A stretch of 64,000 nucleotides of DNA from an uncultured virus (IMG/VR IMGVR_UViG_3300035681_000004) (IMGVR_UViG_3300035681_000004), one strand, 5' to 3'. Positions 29,174 to 38,904 are shown, counted from the first letter of the stretch. Notes: generated by a model from the sequence alone, not told the origin. Numbers and translations are program-made.

Positions 29174-31188
29174 TACACGTAGGTTAAATCTAAGAGGAAT
29201 TTGTTTTTAATAAAGGTATTTAATAAGGAAGATTCATCAATTGATATATCGCCTATCATATCACCACCACTTGTAGGAATCATTGCCATATTATTTGGTT
29301 GTCTATCATCAACTACTACAACCTTTCTACCTTCTCTTTCTTGGGATAATCCTCCAAGCAACATTTCTAATAAAGATGTTGATTCCATACCAACTTCCGC
29401 TGCTTGTTGGGATTGAATTGATGGAGCCCCTGGAACTAAAGGCGTTGTTCCAGAAAATGCACGTCCAATTGGTTTGCTTGTAAGATATAATAGTCTTACA
29501 TACGCTTCTGGGTTTCCTGCTCCACCACCAACCATCCTTCCTTTTTTAGTATCATATTCAAAGTGAATGTGAGGACCAGTGGCATTACCTGTTACTCCAA
29601 CTCTAGCAAAAGAAGTTCCTGCTGGTATTTTTCCAGATTTAATTAAAACTGTACTTAAGTGTGCCATTCTTAATTGAACTCCATATGCAGGAACCCACAC
29701 ATCCATTACCAATCCATAACTACCATAAATTCCTTGCCCTACAACTTCACAGTCTGCTCTTAAAGCAATGTAAGTTCCATTTGGTGCTAGTATATCAATT
29801 CCACCGTGTTTTCCACCTCTAGATCCATATAAATCACCAATCTGAACATATTCAACTCCTTTTCCAAGAGATTTTGTGAATATATCTCCTTTTGCAAGTG
29901 CTCTCTGACCTGCTGGAATTGCTGCAGGTTTTTGACCTGTGAATAAACTTGTAATTGCTGCTGCTGGAGATCCTAAGTTTAATAGAGAGTTTGATGGCGA
30001 TGGTGTTATTTTTGCTGTTGCTGATGCTGATTTTACTTTTTTTAAAGATATTTTTGTAGAACTCCAGTTAACAGTTGCTTTATTTCTCCCATCACCGTCA
30101 TAAAATCCAACACCATTGGGTTGTTTTAATCCAGCAAATTCTCTTGCTAGTTGATATCCAAATTGTTCATCTGTTATTTTTCCAGATAACCAGTCCTTAC
30201 CCCCCCTTTTCTTTTCAATAATAGCAACTGCCATTTTATCTTGATTATCAGGATTGAATAAATCTTTATCTGGATTTAACCCTGCAGATTTTGCTTGAGA
30301 TATTGGACTAGTAAATTGATATCTTCCTATTGCTCCCCTACCACCCTTTAAACCAACTGCTCTATTTGCTTCAGCAATTGTCATTTTTGTAAGATTTGGA
30401 TTTTGATCTCCAGGTGCTATAGAAGTATATCCACCTTCACCAGAAGCGATTATATCTAATAACGGTTTCCATCTTCCAGCACCTGCTCCACCACCTCCTC
30501 CAGGACTTGGTTCAGGTGGTTCAAATCCTGGTAAGATTGAAGGAAGTTTTCCATAAGCATCAGGAACTTTTTCAAGTGCTTTGAAAGGTTGAATCAAAAC
30601 TTGAAACGCAGAATTAATACCATCACCTAGAGAATCAATTGAAAGTTTTAATTCATTCAAAGAACTTCTAACCAAAAATGAACTATCGGAAAAATCAAAT
30701 CTAGATATGTTCTGCATAGCTGCCATAAAAACATCACCAGTATCAGTCATCACTTTGACTAATTCATCACCATAATTACTTAAAATTGATCCCGCAGTTG
30801 TAAGTCTGGTTATAAATTGCTCACCTAAACCTATCCAAGTTGGCAAGTTCCCAAGTATCCAACCACCGGTAAGATATCCTACAAAATTAAGAAGACGATT
30901 TATAACACTTGTTCCAGAATCAGACGCAGATAATATTCTCGCACCTCTTGGTTTAACTGCAAGAATCGGCGCAGACATTCTATCAATTAAAATATTTCTT
31001 TTCTCTCTCTGAATTCTTTTATTTTTTAGAGATTTAATATCAGAAGATATATTTCTTTTATCACTTATATTTTTATTCAAAAGATTGGAAATTTTTATCG
31101 TTGTTTTGCCAGTCTCTGCTGCTGCGCTTCTGGTTTTTGAAACGGAATCTGATATTGTTTTAACTGAAATTCCTGATGATATTGCCAT
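29173..31188 (-). CDS. Hub/tail protein with lysozyme-like domain and M23 peptidase
   Basis: LLDIIASGEGGY..AIGRYQF..FNPDNQD; HGGIDI..AHLS..TGPHIHFE. Confidence 0.8.
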   Translation of the reverse strand: MAISSGISVKTISDSVSKTRSAAAETGKTTIKISNLLNKNISDKRNISSDIKSLKNKRIQREKRNILIDRMSAPILAVKPRGARILSASDSGTSVINRLLNFVGYLTGGWILGNLPTWIGLGEQFITRLTTAGSILSNYGDELVKVMTDTGDVFMAAMQNISRFDFSDSSFLVRSSLNELKLSIDSLGDGINSAFQVLIQPFKALEKVPDAYGKLPSILPGFEPPEPSPGGGGGAGAGRWKPLLDIIASGEGGYTSIAPGDQNPNLTKMTIAEANRAVGLKGGRGAIGRYQFTSPISQAKSAGLNPDKDLFNPDNQDKMAVAIIEKKRGGKDWLSGKITDEQFGYQLAREFAGLKQPNGVGFYDGDGRNKATVNWSSTKISLKKVKSASATAKITPSPSNSLLNLGSPAAAITSLFTGQKPAAIPAGQRALAKGDIFTKSLGKGVEYVQIGDLYGSRGGKHGGIDILAPNGTYIALRADCEVVGQGIYGSYGLVMDVWVPAYGVQLRMAHLSTVLIKSGKIPAGTSFARVGVTGNATGPHIHFEYDTKKGRMVGGGAGNPEAYVRLLYLTSKPIGRAFSGTTPLVPGAPSIQSQQAAEVGMESTSLLEMLLGGLSQEREGRKVVVVDDRQPNNMAMIPTSGGDMIGDISIDESSLLNTFIKNKFLLDLTYV

Positions 31189-31189
31189 C

Positions 31190-32440
31190 TTACATCACCA
31201 CGTTGTAACTAACCTGAGCATACAATGCATAAAAATTATCAGGATTAGAAGATGGAATCAAAGGTACATCTGTGAGTGTCTGTGTTCCACCAGATGCAAC
31301 TGAGGTATTATTTTTCTGACTATTTTGCAAATAAACAATATCTGGAGCTGGTTCTGGCAGTGCGCCAATGTTTGGTTGTTGCTTAATTGATTGCTGTGGT
31401 ATTGATTCTAATTTAACTGGTTTTGTAGATGTGGTTTTTGGAGTTTCTACCTTACCTTTAACTTCTTTAGCTGGAGCATCAAGATTTGTTGTTTCTGTTC
31501 CAAAAAGATTTTTACCCATTTGGGAAAAATCAATATTCATTGGATTAAATTGATTAATATTGAAATTAAATTTTTGCGTTGCTTCTTTTCCACTTGATAA
31601 CATTTTTCCAAAATCAATTCCACCACCAGTAGATAATTCATACGCAACACTTCCAATTATCGCAGGCATTTGAAAAGGATTTGGAATTGTTGCAGCACCA
31701 CTTAACGCCGCACCAGCAACATCACCTTCTTTGATGTTCTGTGCTGTAGCAACTGCACCCAAGGCAGTTCCACCAACTTTACCAACCGTTTGAAGAATTT
31801 TTAATAATCCAGATTCAGCAGTAGTTGCAGCAGCCCCAGCAGCAGCACCTCCACCTGTCCCACCTACTTTAAATAAATTTTTAAAAATATCAGAAATTGC
31901 TTTAAAAGGTGATGAAACAAGTTTAATTGCGGTGTTTCCAATTTTTGATGTAATTGATTGGACCCCATTAATTATTGAAGAAAATCCGCTTTTCAATAAT
32001 GCGAATCCAGATCCAATAAATCCAAAAGCATTTCTAACAACACTTCCAATTGAAGTTATTGCTTGAACACTTTTAGTAGCACCTGCGTTTAAAATACCTA
32101 ATATATTTTTCCCCAAAAATCCAACGAACAAATACTTAAGAACACTTGTAATTCTTTCAAATATTGGTGTAATCTTATTTTCAAGTTTAACTACAGGTTG
32201 AACCAAAGATGCAGAAACTCTTTGTTGGAGTTGTTCTTCCTGCCCAAGTCTTATTTCTCTTTCGTTTAATAGTCTTTGCTGCTCCCTTTCATCACGAAGT
32301 TTTTGTTGATCAAGAAAACTATCAGTCTGAATTAAACCCGCAATATTTTGCAGTCCAGAATTAATCGTGAAAACTTCTGAACGTACAGTATTTAATTGAT
32401 CTTGGAGACCTACAAGTGATGCGGTGTTTCCGTTAGCCAT
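31190..32440 (-). CDS. Hub/tape-measure-like hypothetical protein, 416 aa
   Basis: Helical Ala/Gly-rich; C-terminal VPLIPSSNPDNFY. Confidence 0.6.
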   Translation of the reverse strand: MANGNTASLVGLQDQLNTVRSEVFTINSGLQNIAGLIQTDSFLDQQKLRDEREQQRLLNEREIRLGQEEQLQQRVSASLVQPVVKLENKITPIFERITSVLKYLFVGFLGKNILGILNAGATKSVQAITSIGSVVRNAFGFIGSGFALLKSGFSSIINGVQSITSKIGNTAIKLVSSPFKAISDIFKNLFKVGGTGGGAAAGAAATTAESGLLKILQTVGKVGGTALGAVATAQNIKEGDVAGAALSGAATIPNPFQMPAIIGSVAYELSTGGGIDFGKMLSSGKEATQKFNFNINQFNPMNIDFSQMGKNLFGTETTNLDAPAKEVKGKVETPKTTSTKPVKLESIPQQSIKQQPNIGALPEPAPDIVYLQNSQKNNTSVASGGTQTLTDVPLIPSSNPDNFYALYAQVSYNVVM

Positions 32441-32479
32441 TAGATGAGTTCTTCAAATTTTCTTCTTCAATATATTGAT
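32433..32479 (-). pseudogene. Displaced copy of the gp51 3' end (YQYIEEENLKNSSNG*)
   Basis: 24/25-nt match to gp51 3' end near 33243-33267; its stop overlaps ATG of 31190-32440. Confidence 0.75.
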
Positions 32480-32498
32480 ATTTAGTATCCCATAAATA

Positions 32499-32552
32499 AT
32501 GGTACCTGTTGAACCGCAATTCGCAGGAGGAGGGTGAAATTCCCTCCTTTAT
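32499..32552 (+). ncRNA. Putative ~54-nt two-hairpin regulatory RNA complementary to the endonuclease 5' UTR
   Basis: CATAAATA 32491-32498; hairpin CCTG-TGAA/TTCG-CAGG; terminator AGGAGGG/CCCTCCT+TT; TATAAATA 32556-32563. Confidence 0.5.
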
Positions 32553-32587
32553 TATTATAAATATTATTGCGGTTCAATAGAGTAGAA

Positions 32588-33202
32588 ATGTATTATACTT
32601 ACGCTTACTTGCGTGAAGACGGCACACCTTACTATATTGGAAAGGGTAAGGATAGGAGAGCATTTAATAAAAGATATCAAGGGGCAAAACTACCAAAAGA
32701 TAGATCAAGAATTATATTTCTTAAACAAAATTTAACTGAAGAAGAAGCATTCAAACACGAAATATATATGATTTCTATTTTTGGTAGAAAAGATTTAGGT
32801 ACTGGTATTTTACATAATAGAACTGATGGTGGAGATGGTGCAAGTGGAGCAGTTCGTTCTTTAGAGTTTAAAGAAAAATTAAGTAGAGCAAATAAAAATA
32901 AAATTCTTTTGAAAGAACATAAAGAAAAATTAAGAAAAGCTAACATTGGAAAAAATAATCCAAGATATGGAAAATCCCCTTCACCAGAAACTAGAGAAAA
33001 AATGAAAATGGCGCAATTAGGAGAGAAACATTTAAGATCTAATTGGTGGAAAATTACACATTCAAATGGAGATGTAACTATAATATGTGGATTATCTACT
33101 TGGTGCAAAAATAGTGGTTATAGTAATGGTAATATTCATAATGTATATAAAGGAAAACGAAAAAGACATAAAGACATTATGAAGGTTGAAAAAATAAAAT
33201 AG
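32588..33202 (+). CDS. Free-standing GIY-YIG homing endonuclease with NUMOD3-type repeats, inserted antisense in the baseplate operon
   Basis: MYYTYAYLREDGTPYYIGKG; LHNRTDGGDG; KEHKEKLR/SPETREKMK; ATG 32588 matches paralogue start (track start 32567). Confidence 0.85.
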   Translation: MYYTYAYLREDGTPYYIGKGKDRRAFNKRYQGAKLPKDRSRIIFLKQNLTEEEAFKHEIYMISIFGRKDLGTGILHNRTDGGDGASGAVRSLEFKEKLSRANKNKILLKEHKEKLRKANIGKNNPRYGKSPSPETREKMKMAQLGEKHLRSNWWKITHSNGDVTIICGLSTWCKNSGYSNGNIHNVYKGKRKRHKDIMKVEKIK

Positions 33203-33220
33203 ACTTCAATCAGAAATAAT

Positions 33221-33394
33221 TTAAGAATGTTGTTGATTTTTTAAATTTTCTTCTTCAATGTATTGATGAAGTAGACTTATATAAATTTCACGCTCCCAAG
33301 GTAACATTTCTTCAATTTCAGTTAAAGACCAATGATGATGCTGAATCAAGGCAAAATTAGTTTTATAATATGACGCAAGATCAACGTGCGCCAT
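33221..33394 (-). CDS. gp51: Baseplate hub assembly catalyst, gp51-like, 57 aa
   Basis: Manually read: YYKTNFALIQHHHWSLTEIEEMLPWEREIYISLL; follows gp26. Confidence 0.85.
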   Translation of the reverse strand: MAHVDLASYYKTNFALIQHHHWSLTEIEEMLPWEREIYISLLHQYIEEENLKNQQHS

Positions 33395-33396
33395 AC

Positions 33397-34116
33397 CTAA
33401 CCGAAAAAAGATGTTAGTCCCTCCAGGAGAATTTCATTTTCCACACCAGTATTCGGATTTGTTACAAATACAGTATGAGAAAGTTTGGGCATTGTTTCAA
33501 AGAATTTTTCAATCTGCTTAAACTGCTTTGAACTTAACTGTTCTAGAAACTCATTCATTTCTTTTTTGGTTACATCAGAAGCAGACCAGGATTCTTCTTC
33601 ACTATAAATTTGCTCTACGCAAGAAGAAATCATACTAAAAGTATCATCAACTGACATATCCCCATCACTTGAAAAATTATTTTTAACAAATTCTTGCATT
33701 GAAGGATACTTCATTCTTAATGTCAGATTATCATCAAGTTTAATATCTTTTGTATGTTCTGGTTTTACCTGAACTTTAATTTCATCCAAACTAATTGATA
33801 TTGGAACTTGCGTCACACCATCATCGGGGCAAGTAATCAGAACTTCTACTTCTTCTCCAACAGACTTTCCACGAATGTTTAGAAAAAGATATTCAATATC
33901 AAATGTAGATAATTGTTCGATTTTAATTCCTCTAGTTAAAATACAGTTTCCAATTACTGTTTTAACTGCTTCTGCAATTTGCTTTGGATCCTCACTTTCC
34001 ATTGCAATAATGAGAATCTTTTCTTCTTTAACTAGAAAGGGGCGATACTTAATTTGTTTTTCTAATGAAGGAATTTCCAACTCATATGTTGGTGTAGATA
34101 TTTTAGGTAATGGCAT
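33397..34116 (-). CDS. gp26: Baseplate hub subunit gp26
   Basis: MPLPKISTPTYEL..IKYRPFLVKEEKIL..FDIEYLFLNIRGKSVGE. Confidence 0.9.
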   Translation of the reverse strand: MPLPKISTPTYELEIPSLEKQIKYRPFLVKEEKILIIAMESEDPKQIAEAVKTVIGNCILTRGIKIEQLSTFDIEYLFLNIRGKSVGEEVEVLITCPDDGVTQVPISISLDEIKVQVKPEHTKDIKLDDNLTLRMKYPSMQEFVKNNFSSDGDMSVDDTFSMISSCVEQIYSEEESWSASDVTKKEMNEFLEQLSSKQFKQIEKFFETMPKLSHTVFVTNPNTGVENEILLEGLTSFFG

Positions 34117-34140
34117 AATAATCTAATCAGATATGGATAT

Positions 34141-34971
34141 TTAGTTGATAATTGGACGACCTTGCGAATCATAAAATCTTCTATTAACCTCTGCGGTAGT
34201 CCTGGTATCTACACTACTATTATAAAAAACAACACCACTCTGACCACGAACTGGAACTAACGTTTGCTGTTCAACATTTGCGGGTTTGGTTGTAGAGGAA
34301 GATGATGATTGGTTATTATTAAAGTCTCCTCTAAATCTGTTAATACTGAGCGGTCTACCTGCAATATAACGATCATATTGAAATGATGCTGATACTTTTA
34401 AAACATCAGACTGAACATAAGAAACCGATGGAGCACTTAATGAAACTGGCCATAATCCAATAAAAGTATATTCAATCTCAGCCTGATAATCTCTATCAAA
34501 TTTAATAATTTTGGTAGAATTGCATTTATAATGTTCTGGATACTGCATTCTTACAAAATAGTTTGTATTTGCCTGACTTACAGAACCAGCAGAAGCATTA
34601 TCAACTGGATTATGAGATCCACTAGCAATGAACTCCATCCAATGCTCTAAGAATTTTAGATTATAGTAATTACTATCAATATAAAATTCTAAACTAATTT
34701 CACTATACAATCTCGACATCGCAAACTTCTCTTGAATGCCCATAAAATTACCATCAACAGTCTTTGTACTAAATGATGTTGTTGGTAATGATGCGGAATA
34801 GCACAGCAATCCTGCAGTATCGGCAATAAAGAAAGAGTTAACACCTCTACGACTTAAATAAGAAATCAAAGCCGTTGGCAATCCACCAAATATTACCTGA
34901 TAATGAGATGTCTGAGCAAGATTTGAAAATAATGGTTTGATATCAGATATTCTACGTGGTGTAGCGGGCAC
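34141..34971 (-). CDS. Tail-tube-fold baseplate protein (gp19/gp54-like)
   Basis: LLCYSASLP..SRLYSEISLEFY..EHWMEFI..EYTFIGLWPVS..VSASFQY. Confidence 0.6.
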   Translation of the reverse strand: MPATPRRISDIKPLFSNLAQTSHYQVIFGGLPTALISYLSRRGVNSFFIADTAGLLCYSASLPTTSFSTKTVDGNFMGIQEKFAMSRLYSEISLEFYIDSNYYNLKFLEHWMEFIASGSHNPVDNASAGSVSQANTNYFVRMQYPEHYKCNSTKIIKFDRDYQAEIEYTFIGLWPVSLSAPSVSYVQSDVLKVSASFQYDRYIAGRPLSINRFRGDFNNNQSSSSSTTKPANVEQQTLVPVRGQSGVVFYNSSVDTRTTAEVNRRFYDSQGRPIIN

Positions 34972-34972
34972 T

Positions 34973-35011
34973 CTAAATACCTTATATGATTTGGATAGTA
35001 TAAGTATTTAG
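34973..35011. promoter_or_regulatory. Face-to-face CTAAATA late promoters serving the divergent genes
   Basis: CTAAATA (+) at 34973-34979 and CTAAATA (-) at 35005-35011 in a 40-nt gap. Confidence 0.6.
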
Positions 35012-35449
35012 ATGTCATATAAAGGAAAATACAAGCCATCGTTTCCAGAAAAATATAATGGTGACCCAACAAATATCATCTATCGTTCCTTATGGGAGAG
35101 AAAGTTTTGCGTTTACTGCGATTTAAATGAAAATATTTTATCGTGGTCATCAGAAGAAAAAGCAATCGCATATCGTTCACCAATAGACGGTAAGATACAT
35201 CGGTACTTTCCAGATTTTCTTATTAAAGTTAAAGAATCTAATGGTACGATTAAAAAATATATGATCGAGATCAAACCTAAAAAACAAACTCTACCTCCCC
35301 AAAAACCCCAAAGACAAACTAAAAAATATATTAGTGAAGTCTACGAGTATGCTAAGAACCAAGCAAAATGGGAAGCGGCAAAAGAATGGTGTGAAGATCG
35401 TGGATATGAGTTTAAAGTTATTACCGAACAAGAACTTGGTATTAAATAA
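35012..35449 (+). CDS. gp4: Head completion nuclease gp4 (TnsA-like)
   Basis: YKGKYKP..KY.GDPTNIIYRSLWERKF..HRYFPDF..IEIKP..NQAKWEAA. Confidence 0.9.
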   Translation: MSYKGKYKPSFPEKYNGDPTNIIYRSLWERKFCVYCDLNENILSWSSEEKAIAYRSPIDGKIHRYFPDFLIKVKESNGTIKKYMIEIKPKKQTLPPQKPQRQTKKYISEVYEYAKNQAKWEAAKEWCEDRGYEFKVITEQELGIK

Positions 35450-35823
35450 TGCCTAGAAAAACGCTTCAAGAAAGAAAAATAAATCGAATTGCCCCTCTTG
35501 TTAGGAAATTAATCGGAACAGAAAGTTCTGATGATTTAATGATTGAATTGATGAGTATTCTACTAGAAACAAAAACCCGTCCTGTTGCTGGTAAGTTTTA
35601 TATTTTTGTTTATAATGCCAAAACAACTGGAATACAATATGACCAAAATCCTTTAGTTGCTGTTACTGAAGTTTATACCTGGGGATTTAAAGGAATTAAT
35701 TTTCACTGGGGAGAATCTAGACAATATACTTGGGATGAAGTTGCTGGCGGTTTATATGAAGTCTATCAGCAAGAACTTGCAGACTTAAGAAGACTGCCTT
35801 TTAGCAATATTCGTTCTAAATAA
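35449..35823 (+). CDS. gp2: DNA end protector gp2-like
   Basis: GKFYIFVYNAKT..YDQNPLV..GFKGINFHW. Confidence 0.7.
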   Translation: MPRKTLQERKINRIAPLVRKLIGTESSDDLMIELMSILLETKTRPVAGKFYIFVYNAKTTGIQYDQNPLVAVTEVYTWGFKGINFHWGESRQYTWDEVAGGLYEVYQQELADLRRLPFSNIRSK

Positions 35824-35837
35824 TTAGAAAAGGATAA

Positions 35838-36761
35838 ATGGCAGAACCGGCATCAGCACCATTTAACTATAGATATCCATTATCAAAACTTACATCATCG
35901 GATGATTATTTGAAAATTGATATTGTTAAATATATTCCACCAGGATTTGTTCCTGAAGAAGGAACTTTTGCTCTACCTTCTTCAGATGATGTGGGATACA
36001 TTGATAAACTGAGCGGAGATACTGCAAAAATAGAAGGAACTATTATTCTCCCAATACCTGATGATATAAGAGATACTAACAAAGCACAATGGGGTCCAAG
36101 TTCTTTTAATATAGGAGGAGCTTTGCTTGCCGCAGGAGGTTTTGGATTATTAGAAACAAAAAATGCTACAGATCTTCAAAATAAATTAAGTGCAACTGGA
36201 CAAAAATTTCTTCAAGCAGCAAAGTCAGCAACAGCTCAAAATTATATTAAAGCTATTGGAATACAAGCAGCGATTAATGCATTGTTACCAGGGCAAGGTG
36301 CAGAAATACCATCAAGATATACTGGAACAATATCAAATCCAAACTTAGAATTAGTATTTACTGGGGTTAATCTAAGAGATGGATTTTCTTTTGGATTTGA
36401 TATGACTCCTCGCTCACAGAAAGAAGCAGAAGTAATTAAACAAATTATTAGAAAATTTAAAATTCATAGTGCTGCAAAAAAAGGAAGAACTGGAGAAGGT
36501 GCCGCAGGATTTTTTCTACAAGCACCTGAAGTTTTTAGAATTCAATATATGAGTGGGTCTAAACCACATCCATATTTGAATAAGTTTAAAATCTGTGCTC
36601 TTACAAGTATGTCAGTTAATTATGCACCTGGTGGAACTTACGCAACATATTCCGATGGAGCACCAGTTAATGTTCAGTTGGGATTAGGATTTCAAGAACT
36701 CACACCAATTTATGCTGAGGATTATAATACAACTGTTGGTTCAGATGGAGTTGGTTACTAA
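35838..36761 (+). CDS. gp48: Baseplate tail-tube cap gp48
   Basis: YRYP..DYLKI, NPNLELVFTG, PRSQKEA..IIRKFK, CALTSMSVNYAP, FQELTPI. Confidence 0.88.
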   Translation: MAEPASAPFNYRYPLSKLTSSDDYLKIDIVKYIPPGFVPEEGTFALPSSDDVGYIDKLSGDTAKIEGTIILPIPDDIRDTNKAQWGPSSFNIGGALLAAGGFGLLETKNATDLQNKLSATGQKFLQAAKSATAQNYIKAIGIQAAINALLPGQGAEIPSRYTGTISNPNLELVFTGVNLRDGFSFGFDMTPRSQKEAEVIKQIIRKFKIHSAAKKGRTGEGAAGFFLQAPEVFRIQYMSGSKPHPYLNKFKICALTSMSVNYAPGGTYATYSDGAPVNVQLGLGFQELTPIYAEDYNTTVGSDGVGY

Positions 36762-37408
36762 TGTCATACTTTAGAGAGTTACCAAATCTAGAATATCAAT
36801 CGTTCTTATCAGATAGTAAGTCATCTGATGATTACTTACTTGTTAAAAATTTATTTCGTCGAGTTAAACTTCGTGATGACTTGCAAAATGTTTTCACTAT
36901 TTTTGATAAGTATCAGATTGTAGATGGTGCAAGACCAGAAACAGTTGCACAGGAACTTTATGGAAGTTCTCAGTATGATTGGGTTGTTCTGGTCTGTGCA
37001 GGAATTACGAGAGTCAGAGACCAGTGGCCACTTTCAGATAAAGAAATTTATAATTATGCTTATGAACTTTATGGAAATGATTTAAATTCAGTTCATCATT
37101 ATGAAACTACAGAAGTTAAAGATTCCCAAGACAGATTGATTCTTCCTGCTGGCAAAGTTGTTGATTCAAACTTCACGATTCCAAATCCAAGTTCACCAAC
37201 ATCAACACTAAATCCTGTGATTGGAATTAGTAACTATGAGTATGAGATTAGAAAAAATAACGAAAAAAGAGGAATCTACGTCTTAAAACCAAGATATCTA
37301 CAACAAATAATTTTAGATACAAGAAAAGAGATGAACTATGATAAGTCATCTCAGTATGTGAATGGAAGACTAATTAAAACTGAAAATACTAAAGCATCAA
37401 ACCCATAA
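36761..37408 (+). CDS. gp53: Baseplate wedge subunit gp53
   Basis: YFRELPNLEY, KNLFRR, RPETVAQELYG..DWVVL, HHYET. Confidence 0.9.
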   Translation: MSYFRELPNLEYQSFLSDSKSSDDYLLVKNLFRRVKLRDDLQNVFTIFDKYQIVDGARPETVAQELYGSSQYDWVVLVCAGITRVRDQWPLSDKEIYNYAYELYGNDLNSVHHYETTEVKDSQDRLILPAGKVVDSNFTIPNPSSPTSTLNPVIGISNYEYEIRKNNEKRGIYVLKPRYLQQIILDTRKEMNYDKSSQYVNGRLIKTENTKASNP

Positions 37409-37987
37409 GAGTTTTAGATTCTTATCAAACATCATCACATATCGGTGCTTGCGGGAACGGTCTTTCCATTCTCCTGCAGCACCTTTAATTTTGCCCCTAG
37501 AGTGTTTAGTTCCGTCTGCATAGTAGAAATCTTTCTTTGGGTCTGTGAGTCCGCAATATTTAAAATTAAGAGCGCGATAGACTGTACCAAAATGGAAATC
37601 ACTATCAGCGTAAGAGATGATTGCTTTAACTTCAGTATCCTTTCGTAACTGTTTAATCGCTCTTGAAACGAACCAAGAAGTGATATTATGCTCTCCCTGT
37701 TGGGTGTCAGGATGTATGCAAAGTCGTGAAAGTTCAAAGAGTCCTTCTTGCTCATTTCGTTCTAATCCAAATGCTCCTTTAGCAATCTCAGGAACAGGGA
37801 GTCCAGTGAACACACAGACTCCCTGAATACCACCAATATTTAATGGGCAAAAGTCATTATTCTTATAAAGACCATAGTTCCAACCCGATTTGAAAGTTTT
37901 AGAAAAGTCCTTAAGATAATGAAACCGCAGAAGTAACTCTGCGGCTTCGGACTTACTTACACGATCAATGGTGTAATCAGACTTCAC
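37397..37987 (-). CDS. Mom-like GNAT DNA base-modification enzyme
   Basis: HYL..GLY..GVCVF..ELSRLC..SWFVSRAIK..IISYAD..GTVYRALNF.YCG. Confidence 0.75.
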   Translation of the reverse strand: MKSDYTIDRVSKSEAAELLLRFHYLKDFSKTFKSGWNYGLYKNNDFCPLNIGGIQGVCVFTGLPVPEIAKGAFGLERNEQEGLFELSRLCIHPDTQQGEHNITSWFVSRAIKQLRKDTEVKAIISYADSDFHFGTVYRALNFKYCGLTDPKKDFYYADGTKHSRGKIKGAAGEWKDRSRKHRYVMMFDKNLKLLWV

Positions 37988-38904
37988 TCTTCGGCAAGAC
38001 GGGCGAAATACGACAACGCATCGTCATCCTCATCTTCTTCAACCGCAGCACGGCGAGTGGGTTTCAGAGAAGACAGTTCCTCACGAAGATCCTCAGTCAG
38101 TTCACGGGTAGAACCACGGGTGTTATCTTCATCCAGATCTTCAGGATCCTGATAGCGAGGAGTGCCTTTAGTGCCAAGCACATAGTCAAGGCGCTTCTTC
38201 AGTTCATCATAAGACTTGAACTGGTCAGCAGCAACGAGTTCAGCAAGCGAATACTGCTTCTTCCACACTGCTTCCATTGCGTCATCATCGTCCAGCAAAG
38301 GAGCAGCAGCAGCAAACTCGCTGGAGTCGTAATTACGATAACCAGCAACGTTCTTCGCCTTCAGTTTGAAGTTGGCACCTTGCCAGAAATCAAACGGATC
38401 GATTGCCTCTTCGTCTTCAAACTCAGGTTGCATTGCAGCGGTGAGTTTATCAAAGATCTTCTTACCATACTTGAACAGGAAGACCTTACCTTCGTTTTCA
38501 GGATTAGCAGGATCCTTCACCACATAGATGTTGCTGATGTAAGTCAGTTTACGCTTCTGCTTACGTGCCAGTTCCTTACCAGCATCAGTGCCATTGTTCC
38601 ACAGTTCAGAGTTCAGTTCAGACACAGGATCCTTCTGACCCAGAGTAGTCAGACTGTTCTCGATGAACCAACCACCAGGACCTTGAAATGCGTGACTGTA
38701 GAGTTTCACGAACGGAAGGTCCTCACCGTTCGGAGCAGGAAGGAAACGGATCACGGCATAACCATTGCCGCTTTTGTCCACATCTAATTTCCATACGCGG
38801 TCGTCACTAGAACCGCTACTCGTATTCATTTTTTCAACTTCTTTAACCAGTTTGGCGGTCAAAGAACCAAGTTTAGACTGCTTTTTAAGGTCAGCAAAAG
38901 ACAT
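37984..38904 (-). CDS. gp32: Single-stranded DNA-binding protein gp32
   Basis: DKSGNGYAVIRFLP, HAFQGPGGW.IEN, YGKKIFDK, GANFKLK, acidic tail. Confidence 0.95.
   Translation of the reverse strand: MSFADLKKQSKLGSLTAKLVKEVEKMNTSSGSSDDRVWKLDVDKSGNGYAVIRFLPAPNGEDLPFVKLYSHAFQGPGGWFIENSLTTLGQKDPVSELNSELWNNGTDAGKELARKQKRKLTYISNIYVVKDPANPENEGKVFLFKYGKKIFDKLTAAMQPEFEDEEAIDPFDFWQGANFKLKAKNVAGYRNYDSSEFAAAAPLLDDDDAMEAVWKKQYSLAELVAADQFKSYDELKKRLDYVLGTKGTPRYQDPEDLDEDNTRGSTRELTEDLREELSSLKPTRRAAVEEDEDDDALSYFARLAEE

Noticed and set aside
32677..33108. 143-aa minus-strand ORF
   Set aside because: Antisense shadow of the GIY-YIG gene
35012..35449. TnsA-like protein as a transposon
   Set aside because: Standard gp4 head-completion gene in conserved context
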